NCBI RefSeq assembly: GCF_009914755.1
Contig: NC_060930.1
Length of the DNA: 64,000 bases
Reading direction: 5' to 3' (one strand)
Source of the DNA: the human T2T-CHM13v2.0 reference genome, Homo sapiens
Every line of letters begins with the position of its first letter. The first letter of the stretch is position 1. A model generated the notes under the pieces. It made no database searches and was not told where the DNA came from. It worked only from the letters and a program-made list of their open reading frames with translations. Shown one piece after another: positions 13,616 through 35,104 of this stretch. Position numbers and translations under genes: made by a program.

Positions 13616-15008
13616 TTCCATATCCATTTCTGCTTTGAGCCTTGCCACAAGCCTGTGGGGATGGTATTTATTAATGATAATTATTCCCATTTCCTAGAGG
13701 AGGAAGCTGAGGTTCTTAGGGCTGAAATGACTTGCTTGAGGTTGCACAGCCAGGAAGGGGTTAGATTTAAGCTCAAATTCTTACTCAGGATCCTCTGATT
13801 AGCGGACAAATCGTCTTAGTGGCTGCTGGTTTGTAGTTTTACTCTCAAGCATTCATCCTTTTGAATGTTAAATGAATATGTATTGCGTGTGGTGTGCTGT
13901 GTGCTGAACTAGGCACCAGGCCATTCAGCAGTGAATGACACACACTTTGTCCTTGTCCCTGGAGTTGCCAGTCAGTGGATCTGCCCAGTATTTAGCCGCC
14001 ACCACCGTGGTTACCCCTACTGAGCCCTCATGAGTCCCAGCTTCCATAATGACAACACGATGTCTGTTGAGCATGAACTATGTGCTAGCACTGTGCCAGG
14101 CTCCCCTTCACCTTCACAGCACCCCATCTTCAGATGGGTAAGCTGAGGCTACAGAGGGACTTGCAGCTCCCAGCCGATGTCTCTCGCCAAGCGTGTGATA
14201 GAGCTGGGATTCGAAAGCATGGGGCTGAATTTGGCTCTCCTGCTTCCTGCAGCCCCTTCCCCAGCCCTCCCCACACTCCCTCCCCCCTCCACCAGCAGGA
14301 TATCTGGTGTCACCTCTATCATCAGCTCCATCGGACACTGGGCTGCCACTGCTGCCTGCTCCCCAGGTGTTGGATGACTGGCCGCCATCTCACCTGCCCC
14401 ACTTGGCCCTGCCCCAGATGGGGCACCTCTGATAGGAGGCTTCCCCTACACTACAGGGCTCAGGATCCCTGCCTCTGCCGCCTTGCCAGCCCCTTGTCAT
14501 TGGCCCTGACAGCTGGGTGGGCCTTTCTGCCAGCCCCAGCATGGCCTGGGTGTTGGTGGCCCCTCCCCCTTGCACCAGCTGGCCTGGTAAGCTGCAAAGC
14601 TGGCTTGGCTCGGCTTGGGGGCCCCTGGACAGGGCCGGGGGCGGGTGGCAAATCACAGGGGACTTCCTACTTTCCTGCCAAACAGGGCCAAGACAATCCT
14701 GACAGGGAGCAACCAAATCACAAAATTGCCACCTGAGGAATGTAAGGGTGGAGAGGGCACCCCCCAGGACTGCCTTGGTAATGGGCATCTATGAGGCAGT
14801 AGCTCGGGGGTGGGCACTCCAGGCCTGTGTCAGCTCGGGATTTCCCTTCTCTCCCTAGGACCCCCTCGTTCCCTGGCCCTCAGGCCTCTCTGACCATTGC
14901 TCATTTGGGCTGTGGCAGAGGAGGCCAGCACTCTGTTCCAAACCTCAGCCCTGAGGGCTTCCTCCAGGGGCTGCACTGAGGGACTGTGCCTCTGTTGGCA
15001 GAACTTCA

Positions 15009-15272
<264 letters not shown>

Positions 15273-15498
15273 ATCATGTCCATCTCACTGTGGGTGTGGC
15301 CTGTTGAGGTGCTGTGGTCTGCAGGGAACAGGCATTCCCTGCAACAGCTGGGGGACCAGGGGCACAGAAAGATGAGGGCCCCTGAGGGCTCTGGCCATCT
15401 CATCTTTACTGCAAGCTCAAGTCCAATTTCCATCATATTTTCTCTTCTCCAGATGGTTATTTCTTTTTCTAATTTGATCATTTTGTTTGCATTTATGA

Positions 15499-16521
<1,023 letters not shown>

Positions 16522-16634
16522 CTATTTATCCATTTTTAAAGAAATGAGTTGGTGCTGTAGCAACCTCCAATGGTGACCAGTGAATATTTTTTCCTTTTTA
16601 AAAATATAAACATATATAAAATAGGTTGTACATT

Positions 16635-17053
16635 TGTCTTAGTCTTTTTTGTGTTGTATAACAGAATACCTGAGCCCAGGTAAATTAAAAGGACAAGGAG
16701 CTTATTTGGCTCACAATTCTGGAGGCTGAGAAGTCCAAGCAGCATGGCGCCGGGTCTGCTTGTCTTCTGGTGAGGACCACCTGGCTGCATTCTAATACGG
16801 CAAGAGGAGGTGCCAGAGCAACAAGTGGGCAAGTGCAAAAGAGACAGACGAGAGGCTGGGCTCACTTTATAACAGCCTGCTCTCATGGGAACTAATCCAT
16901 TCCCACAGCGCTCCAGCAAGGTGGCATTAACCTAGTCATGAGGGCAGTGCCCCATAATCCAAACACCTCTCACTAGGCCCTACCTCCCAACACAGCCACA
17001 TTGGGAATCAGATTTCAACATGTGTTTTGGAGGGGACACACTCAAACCATAGC
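16635..17053 (-). mobile_element. MSTB-family MaLR solo LTR
   Basis: TGTCTTAGTC...CCATAGCA termini; 5-bp TSD ACATT (16630-16634 / 17054-17058). Confidence 0.88.
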
Positions 17054-17293
17054 AACATTTTAACAAATTTAATATAAAGCCAATGTCTCCATCATGTAGG
17101 TAAAAAAAAATCAAAACATTGCCACAGCACCAAAGGACCCCCTCAGACCTTTCCCCATCACAAGCCCCTCCCTCCCCCACTGGAACCCACCATTCTAAAC
17201 AGTTAGGGTTATTCACTGCTTTGTTTTTGGTTTTACCATGTAAATATGCATCCAAAACCAAAGAGTTCTGTTTCTTTTTGAATTTTCTGATTT

Positions 17294-18376
<1,083 letters not shown>

Positions 18377-18907
18377 CTCATTTTTCATCACATATAATAG
18401 TTTCTAATATGTAAATAAACCATGATATACTTGTCCAGTCTGTTTACAGACATCAGGGTTTTTTTCTGATTTGTGTCTACTGTGAAAAGTTCTGCTGGCT
18501 TCCATGAAGGGATAAGATAAAAAGTACTTTAAAAAAAGTTTCTGCTCTATATATATCCCCAGGTAAACATATGCATGCAGTTCTCCAGGGTTTATGCAAA
18601 GGAATGGAATCACTAGGTCATAGGGTATGTGATCTTCAATCTTATAGATAATGTGAAACTGTTCTCCAGAGTGCTTGTACCAAATCATACCTGCACAAAG
18701 CAGTGTGTGCAGAATCCCAGTGGTCCACATTCTTGCAGGTATGTGGTTACTAGCAGACTTTTTTTCTTTTTTTTTTTTTAGAATTTAGTTTTCATTATCA
18801 TTATGGATTTTTATAAATTTGATGTGTTTTAGCACTTGCAGTCATTATTCTCAGTAATGCTCAAATTGTCTCATCTTTGGCCAGTGGGAACTTCTTCAAG
18901 TGGACTC

Positions 18908-19201
18908 TTCTTTTTTTAGACAAGGTCTCACTCTGTTGCCCAGGCTGGAGTGCAGTGGTGTGATCACGGCTCACTGCAACCTCCACCTCCCTGGGTTCAA
19001 GTGATTCTTCTGCCTCAGCCCCCCGAGAGCTGGGACTACAGGCATGCATCACCATGCCTGGCTAATTTTTGTTTCTTTAGTATCTTTAGATGGGATTTCA
19101 CAATGTTGGCCAGGCTGGTCTCAAACTCCTGATCTCAAGTGATCCAGCCTCCTTGGCTTCCCAAAGTGCTGGGATTACATGTGCAAGCCACCGCGCCTGG
19201 C
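18908..19201 (-). mobile_element. Alu
   Basis: Antisense dimer. Confidence 0.92.
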
Positions 19202-19253
19202 TTCTGACATCTTTTTCATACGTTCACACGGGTTTTTGAAAATGCCCTTGCTT

Positions 19254-19575
<322 letters not shown>

Positions 19576-19639
19576 CTACGTTCCTCAGAGCTGGACTCAG
19601 CCAGCTCTCCAAGGAGCTGTGGATCTTTTATATAAACAC

Positions 19640-21157
<1,518 letters not shown>

Positions 21158-21463
21158 CAGACTTTTTGAATTCTAGAAGTCAACCTAAGGTCCCATCCAA
21201 TAGTCTCTGAAGCTCTGGACAAAGGACCTTGGGATGTAGGACCAACCTTGCCCAGTCCCTTCATCTTACTGTAATGCTGTGGGACAGAGGAGGGGAGTGG
21301 CTTGCGCAGGGCCACGTAGCCGGTGGGCACCAGAGTTGGGTCCCAGTTCAGTTCCTACTGCTCCTCTAGGGGTCCTCACCCCAGCTGGGCACATGAGCTC
21401 CAAACCTCCAAACTCCACCGCTCCCTTTACGTGGTTTCTGGCGCCTGGCTCTGTGGCTCTTAG

Positions 21464-21960
<497 letters not shown>

Positions 21961-22029
21961 TAGGGTAGGCCTCATCAGGGCCTTTAACATGCTGCTGTGT
22001 CCTGTGAATGTCAAGACATTTCATTGCCA

Positions 22030-22640
22030 ACATTTAGAAGCAATCAAGATGTCCTTCAATAGGCAAATGGTTATATAAACTGTGGCACATCCTGGCAATG
22101 GAATATTATTCAGTGTTCAAAATAAATGAGCTATCAAGCCATGAAAAGGCAAGGAGGAACCTTAAATGCATTTTACTAAGTGAAAGAAGCCAATATGAAA
22201 AGGCCTCACACTGTATGATTCCAACTAGATAACATTCTGGAAAAGGAAAAACTGTGGAGATGGTAAAAAGATCAGTAGTTATCAGAGATTGGGGTGGGGC
22301 AGGGAGAGGTAAACAGGTAGAAAGCACAGAGGATTTTTAGGGCAGGCAACTTTTCTGTATGATACTATGATGGTAGATACATGTCATCAACATGAGTCAA
22401 AACCTATAGAATATACACCACCAAGAGTGAACCCTAATGTAAACTATGGACTCTGGGTGATAATGATGTGTCAGTGTAGGTTCATCAGTGCTAACAAATG
22501 TACCACAGAGATGCACGGTATGGACAATAAGGGTGGCTACTATGTGGGTGGGAGAGGGTGTATGGGAACTCTCTGTATTTTCTGGTCAATTTTTCTAGGA
22601 GCCTAAAACTGCTCTAAAAAATAAAATCTATTAATTAAAA
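22030..22640 (+). mobile_element. L1MC1/L1MB-like 3' end
   Basis: GAGTGAACCCTAATGTAAACTATGGAC..AATAAA 3'UTR. Confidence 0.82.
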
Positions 22641-22669
22641 AATATATATATATCCACATACACACATAT

Positions 22670-23990
22670 ATATTAGGAAGTGATAAGTGTTACAAAGGAA
22701 AAATAAAGCAGGGGTGAGGGTTTAAGTAAGGGGTGAGGGGCATGGGCTGGCTGTTCTGGATGGGGCGAAAGTGGGGGTCAGGATCATGAATCAGAGACTT
22801 AAAGCAAAGGAAATGCGCCCTGCAGATGTCAAGGGAGGAGCATCTTGGGACAGGAAGCCGCAGGTGCTAGCCCCGACTCAGGGAAGAGGAAGCACAGGGG
22901 GTCTGGAGTGGAGTGAGGCGTGGGGAGTGGTTGGAGGTGAGGATGAGTCAACAGGTTGGGGCCCAAAGGCACAGCGATCCTGTTCTCAGATTGGTGAGTC
23001 ACTCGCTGGAGGGTTTCAGCAGGTGTGTGATGTGTCAAAATTATATTTATGTTTTTATTTTTCAATTTTAAAAAAAGCCAGTCAAATTGAGCAGTGGGGG
23101 GTTGTGTATCAACTTTAGTGACATTATTTATGTTTTAAAAAGATGACTGCAGCTGCCGTCTGGCAGATAGACAGTAGGGGGTGAGGGTGGAAGCAGGAGG
23201 GCTCATTAGGAGGCCACGTAGCCCTCCGAGTGGGACAGGGGGCTGGGGCAGACCCTGGCATCTGTGGCCGACAGGTGAGAGGTGGCTGGATTCTGGGTAT
23301 ATTTTGAAGGGAGAGTCAGCGGGGTGTGGGGTGAGGGAGATTCCTGAGTTCTTGGGTGAACAGTGGTGTTGTGTCCTGAGATGGCAAAGGCCAGCGTTGG
23401 AGCAGGCTAGGGGGCAGTCATCTGGGGACATGTGGCCTGTCCCATATCCAGGTGGGGACGTTGAGGAGGTGGGTAGATTTGTGAGGCTGGAGTTCAGGGG
23501 ACTCTAAGGCCACGGCCCCGATGAGATCCCAGAGGGAGTAGACGTTGAGTGGAGAAGAGAAGAGGTCCCAGACCTGAGCCCTGGCCCTGTGAGGGCCCAC
23601 CCAGGGAGAAGGAGTTGTGACACAGAGTGGGAGTGTGGTGTCTGAGGAGCCCAGAGGCGGACAGCATGCTGCCAAGGAGGAGGATTGGAGACTGGCCATG
23701 GGGGTCAGCAGTGGCTGGGGAGGGCCAGAGGCCAACTGGAAAGGCTTCGGAGGGAGTGGAGATGGGGAGGATGGACAGGCCTTTCCAGGAGTGTCCTCTG
23801 CCACCAGAGGGAGGAGACACATGGGCCCGCAACGTGGGCGGCACTGGGTGGTCTAGGGGGCCCTTTTGACTTTCTCTTAAATGAGAGAAACAACAGCATG
23901 ATTCTCTCTGGGTGGGAAAGATTCTCATGTGAGGGAAAACCGATCATTCAGGAGAGGGGAGAGCACATCCCAGCCCTGCAGCAGGAGTGC
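22670..23990. mobile_element. L2 fragment
   Basis: Purine-rich L2 text (GGATTCTGGGTATATTTTGAAGG, CTGAGCCCTGG). Confidence 0.65.
23056..23124 (-). pseudogene. 5'-truncated Y4 RNA (RNY4) retropseudogene with A tail
   Basis: Reverse complement TGTCACTAAAGTTGATACACAACCCCCCACTGCTCAATTTGACTGGCTTTTT matches the 3' half of hY4; TSD TATTTATGTTTT (23044-23055 / 23125-23136). Confidence 0.92.
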
Positions 23991-24734
23991 CCAGACTAGG
24001 GGGTGAGGGGTGGAGGGACAGGGGGCCTGGGAACCCAGGGAGAGGGAGGCAGGGCCTAGGGGTGGGGTGAGGTGGGTTTGGGGCCACAGTGTCTCTAGGT
24101 GCCTCCCTTTTTCTCAGAGCACAGCTGTCAGCTGAGAGGGAGGGAGGAGGAGGTGTTGTAAAATATTTGTCTCCAATGTGGTTCTCACAGCCATGGGGTG
24201 AAGTAGGTGCCATCATCCCCGCTTTGAAGATGAGAAAACAGGAAGGGGGCCAGGTAAGTTGCCAGCTAGGGCAGGACTGAGGTTTGAACGGGGCCTGGAG
24301 GCCACGGGGTATGGAACTGGGATTCAACTACATCCTGCCCCTCCCGCTTCCCATTTCAGTCCAGTGCTGCACTAGCAGGGAGGACACTGGGGTCCAGACA
24401 GGGAAAGTGATGTCCCAAGGCCAGACAGCAAAAAGGTGACGTTGCCATCGCTGGTCCTCTTCCTCCCTCCCCTAAGCTCTATGGGCACAACACACCTGGG
24501 CCACTCTGTTCCCACCCCTACTCCTGTCACCCCTGCAGGGCTGCCTTCCGGGGCCCTCCTCCGTGGGCCCCTCTCTTTCCTCCTGCCTTGGAGCCTTGGT
24601 TCAGTTGCTCTGCGAGTTGGGACAGTGCCTCTTCCCCACTTCAGTAGACCCCAGCCTAGGGTCTTCTGGACCCTGGCTGCACATTAGAATTTTCTGATTT
24701 AACTGGGCTGGGGCCTGTTTTAAATTGAGATATA

Positions 24735-25050
24735 GTTGGGTGTGGTGGCTCACGCCTATAATCCCAGCACTTTGGGAGGCTGAGGCAGCCAACTTACTTG
24801 AACTCAGGAGTTTGAGACCAGCGTGGGCAACATGGCGAAACCCCATCTCTACCAAAAAAAAAAAAAAAAAAAAATTAGGTGGCCGTGGTCGTGCATGCCT
24901 GTAATCCCAGCTGCTTAGGAGGCTGAGGTGGGAGGATCAGCCGAGCCCAGGGAGGTTGAGGCTGCAGTGAGCTATGATTGCACCACTGCACTCCAGCCTG
25001 GGTGATGGAGTGAGACCCTGTCTCAATCAGTCAATCAGTTAATCAATTAA
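24735..25050 (+). mobile_element. AluJ
   Basis: Dimer with (CAAT)-like tail. Confidence 0.9.
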
Positions 25051-25327
25051 TTAAAGTACAAAGTGCACGTCAGTGAACATGAGCCACTACACAGAACAAG
25101 ATATAGAACACTTCCCGCATCCTGGAAGGTTCCCTCCTGCTCCTTCCCAGTTAATGTCTGCCCCTGGTAACCAGTCTTCTGACTGTCAGGATCAGGTTTG
25201 CCTGTTATGGAACTTCACAGACATGGAATCACGTGGAATGTGCTGTTTGGTGCTCAGTGCTCTGTCTGTGAGAGTCCCCCGTGCTCCGGTGGGCTGAGTG
25301 GTTTTCCCTTCTCTACCACTGTGTAGT

Positions 25328-25745
25328 TGGCGTAGGTCTAGTTTCTGGAAAATACTCTGAGCTGAAGGTTTGGATGCAGGAGGTTTGGATGCAGGAGGTT
25401 GCTCTCAGAATCAACAGGATTGAAGGATGGAGGACTGGACTGAAGGAGAAGTCACAGTAGAGGCCTCAGCTGACCCCACATGGAACCCTGAAGCTGGGGT
25501 GACTCTTGAACATCATACCATATTAAGACAAGGGGCCAGGGCTTTGCACCCTCGCATTGACCAGTCACTGGACGCAGGCTGTCTCTGGGGAGGAGGCATA
25601 ACCTTTGACGAGGTGGCTCCCTTCAGCCAAGGGCAATGCCCAGAGAGGGACTCAGCCGTGGACCATGAGCAGGCAACACTCCCAACAGCTGGGGTCAAAA
25701 GTGACCTCACCCTGGGAAGGTGGCAAACCTACAGCATCCACTGCA
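25328..25745 (-). mobile_element. 3' LTR (LTR33-like) of ERVL provirus
   Basis: Ends CAGCATCCACTGCA; adjacent polypurine tract GAGGGGCAGGC on minus strand. Confidence 0.78.
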
Positions 25746-26584
25746 GCCTGCCCCTCATGCTACTTGGAAATCTGAGCCCTTATAATAATTCATCCCACCT
25801 GGGAACAGCTTCTTCAGGGTCCTGGTTGGTCTCTTTTCCTGGGGAGGCTTATAAGGGGAAGGTCAGTGAGATAAGCCACAGTCCCGCTGCTGCAGCAGGA
25901 CTCTGGGCCACAACAGACACTTGCACTCTCCCTCTTCAATGACCCTGACCTTGGCCAGCACCTCTGTTGGTCTGGGTGGCTTCCCTTTTGAGGGGACCTG
26001 GCCCCTCATGTCTGAGGGAGTCTGAGTCTCTGGCCATCCTGCTCTCCTCAGACCCTGACCATTGCCCTTTCCCATTTCCCATCAATACCAGGCAAGGGAG
26101 CACCAAGAGATGTCCCAGGGAATTACCTGGCTGCCAAGGCTATTATTCTTCCCTGCCCCTTGCCATACAAACAGTGTGAGGCTTGTACAGAAGGCCCAAG
26201 TGGATGATCAGGGCCAGTTATTCCTGCCAGGATGGTGACTCTGTGTTGTTGTTTTTTCCCTGCTGGTTTCTTGCCACAAGGGGCCTGAAGGGAAGTGGTG
26301 GCAGTTACAGCTGAAAGTTTAATGTGACTCTTGCTGTCTCTTGGTGGAACTATTTCCCCTTTGGGAACCAGGATTTCTAAACTTGCAGTGCCCAGAGTTG
26401 TCCCTGGGTGTGGTGGTGAATGGGGCTGCTCCTACTTCTACCCCATAGTTCTTAGATGCATGTATTCTAGTCCCATTAGGGACTCAGCACCATACAGTAG
26501 TCATTAGAGTGTGTGCCATGTTCCAGAAGACAGCTCACCATCCTTGCAGGAGATCAGCTCCAAGCTGGCACCTCATCTGCATCT

Positions 26585-27240
<656 letters not shown>

Positions 27241-27924
27241 GTCAGCTGCATCCAAAAGGCTGTTGCATCACCCCATCCAGCAGCAGTGCTGGGTGGTGCG
27301 GTGTATGGTGAGACCCGCAGGCCTCCACGTCGAAAACCCACAGCCACACCTCCTTCAATGGCAGGTAGTTTCAGAGGCAGACAGTTTCAGAGGCTTCCAA
27401 GAGCTATCATAGTAGCTCTTGCCCCGCAGGCCAAAGCACCAGTGTGGGGGTTCTGCAATGTGTGTCTATTCCAGTTATACACTCAGGGACCAGTGAGACT
27501 ACCACTGGATGTCCTGTGGATCCACTGGACTCCCTGTGAGCCGAAGCTGGGCCAGGACTCCACTCATCACCTGCCCCCATATGCTTCCGCCCTAACAGGG
27601 GGCCATGATGCCTCTTTGGGTCCCCAGACCAATGTCCATGTGGACCCTATGTCTGACAGTCTTTGAAATGCCTGGGTATTCATCTTTCTCCCACATATAG
27701 TTACTCACATAAAAAGCGTGTAAGCCCTTCTTGGGAGGGACTGATGGAATCATCATCACATGTGCTGATTCTGGGGTTGCAGGGTCCTTCCTTCTGGGGA
27801 CCTGGTCTCTCCTTCAGTCAGTTGGATCTGAAACCTTACTCAGATCTGGAAACTTCTCAAAGGACCAGGACTTTCCATTGGGTTGCTGCCCTTAACCCCC
27901 ATCATGAAGCCTTGGATGTTCTCT

Positions 27925-28301
<377 letters not shown>

Positions 28302-29339
28302 TGAACCATTTCCATGGCTTGGCGGGTCTGGCAGCTCTGACCCAGCTGCTAGCGGTGGTAACTGCCTCCATCTCATGACTCCTGAGCCTGCCCTTCTGAT
28401 GACCGAGCGCCGCCACCTGGCCTCTTCCTTCAGGATCCTGTCATCCGCACTGTTGTCAGGGCACCCAGTTCTGTAACTGCAGCTCCAACTAGCAGGTCTT
28501 CAGAGGACATTCACCTGAGCTTCTTAGGGGCTTTCCCGTTGGCCCTGGTAAATGAGGTGCCTGCCCGGCCTTCCTGAAGAAGACAGATAGTGAGTGGGTT
28601 TCTGGCCAGACATGGCGGAAACCCAAGCATGCCCCCCTTCTCCAGGCCTTTGGATCCTTTCTTCCACTGCCTGACACGGCAGCCCTGGCGTTTCTGCTTC
28701 TACTGTGGGCTTTCGTTTTCTCCAAGCAGCATGTTAAGGCCCTCTTGCCAGGGTGTTAATTCTCGTATTATGGGATTGACTCTATTTTATCCCACTTGAT
28801 GTCCCACCCCCGCCCTTGGGCCAGCCCCTGATCCTCTGCATAGTCTTCGAGCAGGGGGAGTGCTCGCCGGGGGTCACTTCTGCACCTCACTCTTTCCCAA
28901 GCAGGTTCTGACCTTGACGCAGCCGACTCATCGTGGGCTGAGCATTGAACTTCTTCTGTTTTACGCTCCCCTCATAACTGCGCCCTGGGCCCGCTCCTCA
29001 GCTTTTTCCTCTCCAGCTGCAGGAGAGGAGGATCTATTTGCTGCTAAAGAGGCCCTTGGCTTTCTCACTTGGCCTTAAATTAGTGATGAGTCACACTCAG
29101 CCTTGCGTTGTCTTTCTCTAGTGCACGCGGGCCCCAGCACAGCCGTCTCCTTCCACAGGCTTTATAATTAATTACCACTCCCCCAGCCTCTCCAATTCGG
29201 GAGCTCTTGTCCCTGCAGTGCGGTCCCTTCCCTGCTACCTGCTGGGTTCCAGCTCTCCTAGCACCAGTGACAGTGGGCGACCCAGCTTCTGGGTCCCAGT
29301 GTTCAGAGGCTGCTTCCTAGAATCAGTCCTGACACCAAC

Positions 29340-31140
<1,801 letters not shown>

Positions 31141-32199
31141 TTGTACACAGTATATCTGCTTAGTCTTTCAGCTATTGGTGGACACGTAGGTTGTTTGGGG
31201 GCTACTATGAATATGGTTGCTGCAAGCATTCATGTGTGTGTCTTTTGGTGGCCTGGGCACTCATTTCTGCTGCATGTAAACCCAACGGTGGAAGTGCTGG
31301 TCTAAGGGATATGTGTGCCAAACTTCAGTAGAGATTGCTGCATAGTTTTCAACATGGCTGATCCCATTTTACAATCCCACCAGCAGTGTTTGAGAGTTGT
31401 GATTACTCTGCATCCTCGCCAACACTTGATATTATCTGTCTTTTCATTTTAGCCACCCTGATGGTCCAGACATCACTGATTCTGTTGTGAACCCTGGTGG
31501 GGAACCAATGCTCCCCAATGGGTAGGAGGACGTGAGATGTGGGGAGCCCTTGGACCACCCCCACTTGACTACCTGATTCTAATACCAAGGGTCTTCAAAA
31601 CCAAATCCTGGCAGACACATTAGAGTATTATCAGATCGTAACATCCTCAAGTGCCCAGGCTTGTCCAGCTCCTTTCAGCATGGGATTCCAGCTATCAGAT
31701 GTGGGAAGGGAGCAGGGGTAAGCTTCGCTGCCTGGAAGGCCAGGCTTCTGTGGACACTAGGAAGCAGCTGCTTTGACTTGCCCTGTCCAGCATTTCATGG
31801 CCTCCAATGCACTTTCTCATCTTAGCTCCTTTGGTTCTCATAATAGCTCTAAAGGCAGCAAGAGAACAGAATATCAGCTCTATTTGACAGAAGACAAAAC
31901 TGAGGCCAGTTACTTGGGCAAAGTCACACAGAAATCAGTAAAAGTGAGCCTGAAACCAAGCTGTAGATTCCAAGTCTGGGACACAAAATTTACCTACTTG
32001 TTAGTTTTATTGGCCTATCTTACCCTCCCCTTCCTTTAGAAAGCAACTCAGGCTGGCTCCTTGGTAGAGTTACCCTGCTCTGCCCAGTTCCCCAGTGCCC
32101 ATCCCCATTCTTTGTTTCATGGTATGCCCCTACCTCTTGCTCATCAATGTCCTCTTAGAAGCAGGTCATTCCCAGAGCTCTCTGTGCTTAAATGTTAGA

Positions 32200-32670
32200 C
32201 CAGAGCTTCTCCAAGTTTAATGCACACAGGTGTCTTCTGGGGGCCTTTTAAAAAGATTCTGATTCAGTAGGTCTGGTGGTCCTAAGAGCCTGCATTTCTT
32301 TTCTTTGTTCTTTTTTGAGACAGAGTCTTGCTGTGTTGCCCAGTCCTGAGTGCAGTGACGCATTCATAGCTCACTGCAGCCTCAACATCTTGGGCTCCAG
32401 CAATCCTCCTACCTCAGCCTCCCAAGTAGGTGGAACCACAGTTGTGCACCCCCCATGCCTGGCTAATTTTTAAATTTTTTGTAGAGATGGTGTCTGGCTG
32501 TGTTGCCCGGGCTGCTCTTGAACTTCTGGGCTCAAGCAATCCTCCTACCTTGGCCTCCCAAAGTGCTAGGCTATGAGCCACCAAGCCCAGCCACAGCCTG
32601 CATTTCTAACAAACTCCCAGGTCATGCCAGTGCTGCTGGTCCTTGGACCATACTTTGAGTATCGAGGCAT
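32200..32670. mobile_element. MER5A split by AluJ (-, 32297-32592)
   Basis: GATTCTGATTCAGTAGGTCTGG..AACAAACTCCCAGGT; TSD AGCCTGCATTTCT. Confidence 0.85.
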
Positions 32671-33199
32671 TAGATCACTTCCCCAGCTATCGGCTGTATA
32701 GGCAGGTTTTTATGCTGTGCTCATCCTCTCCCTCAGAGCTCAGGCAAACACTGGTTGGTTGCTGTCTGAACTCTGGCACCAGTGCTAGTTACTGTAAGTC
32801 CAAGCCTCTCTCTGGTTTTCCCATTATGGTATTTACCATTCAAGTCATTTGGCTCAGTTCAAGGCGCCTCACTCTTAACACCTCTCTCAGAAGCACCTCT
32901 ATTCCCTCCCTCTGCCAGCTCGCTTGTCTTTCCTCCTCCATCAACACTCCTAATTCCTACCCTCTCCTCCTCCAAAATGGGCAGGATCTCAGCTAGGCAT
33001 TAGGCAAAAAGCTAGCTGAGTGCGCTTATTTATACTAAGGTGTGAATGACTCACATCTCTTCCCTTAACTCTCCCAGTGGTTATTTAGATGTGCAAAAGG
33101 AGCTTTTGGTTGTTGGAAATGGTGACAGTGAGGGAAAGAACAAGAAATATTCAGGAATTGTTTCCTTTACCACCTAACATTTCCCATATATGGGCTAAT

Positions 33200-33662
<463 letters not shown>

Positions 33663-34773
33663 CTTCCCTAAATCATACCAGTTGTGTTTCCATCTCCCCC
33701 GTTTCTAAAGGAGAGATTACTCAAAGGGTCCCTCTGTCTCGCCCAGGCCCAGGAGAATGTAGAGTGGGAAGAAATGGGGCATAGGAGAGGTGTTAAGGTC
33801 TAACTCCTATCAGAACTCAACTGTTTACAGGCCCCTTATCCTTGGTGAAGCTGAGCCTCAGTTTCCCCATCCCTACAACAGGGATGAAGCCAGCTGCCTG
33901 CTGCTCCCCTGTGTGGTTGTAGCTGGAGAGCAGAGAGGCAGCAAGTTGTGCAGATGCAGGTGATTGTGCCATAGGACTAAAGGCAGCCTATGGTGGGGAG
34001 GGTGAGGGACCAAAACCTGGCTGGAGAGGCCCAGCACCTGGGCTGAGTGAAGCCTTGGTCACAATGGCTCATTGGGGATAATTGCTGCGGTAATTATGAA
34101 GATTGCACAGGCAAATGGATTCTAGTTTACATTCTGCTCTCCTGCAAAGGTCATCTGTAATTGCCTGATTTCCTCCCTACAGTGGGGAGGAGGCTACGGT
34201 GGGGGCCTGTCAGAGGGTCACTGGGCTGCAGGCCCAGGCTGAGGGGGGTGGGGGCTGAGGTCTTCTGGGGTGATCTCTGCCAGCCTGAGGCGGGAGGCAC
34301 ATGGGTGAGCTCTTGGCGCAGAGGCTGCTCGGCCTCCTCCTGCTGGATGGTACCCCAGCTCCTTAGTGCTCCTTCAGCTGCGCTGGCTGGAGACGGGAGA
34401 GGCAGAGCTTGCTGACTCGTGGGAAGACTGATGCTGAGGCTGAGGCCGTGGCTTGTCCTGTCTGTGAGTCTGTTTAGAAGCCTCAGCTGCACACCCTACT
34501 CCATCTGACATGCTCCCTTCTCTGGTCATCTTTCTGTACAAATGAAATGGTTAGACCAGACAAAATGGCTTTGGGTGGCCCCTTCCAACTCTGGATTCCT
34601 GGATTCCAGGACTCCAGCCTGTGGTCCCCAAGTTTTGTGGAAGATTTGTGCATAGGCTTTGGAGCTGGATACAATAGAGTGAATCCTGGCTCATTCCTGC
34701 TGTGTGACATTAGACAATTGACTTTACCTCTCTGAGCTCCAGTTTCAACTTAAAAAAAAAATAGAGATAATGA

Positions 34774-35104
<331 letters not shown>

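Noticed and set aside
26483-26500. TCAGCACC half of a REST/RE1 site (also partial matches near 41320, 51290 and 57710)
   Set aside because: No matching GGACAG right half at canonical spacing; no full RE1 seen in the window
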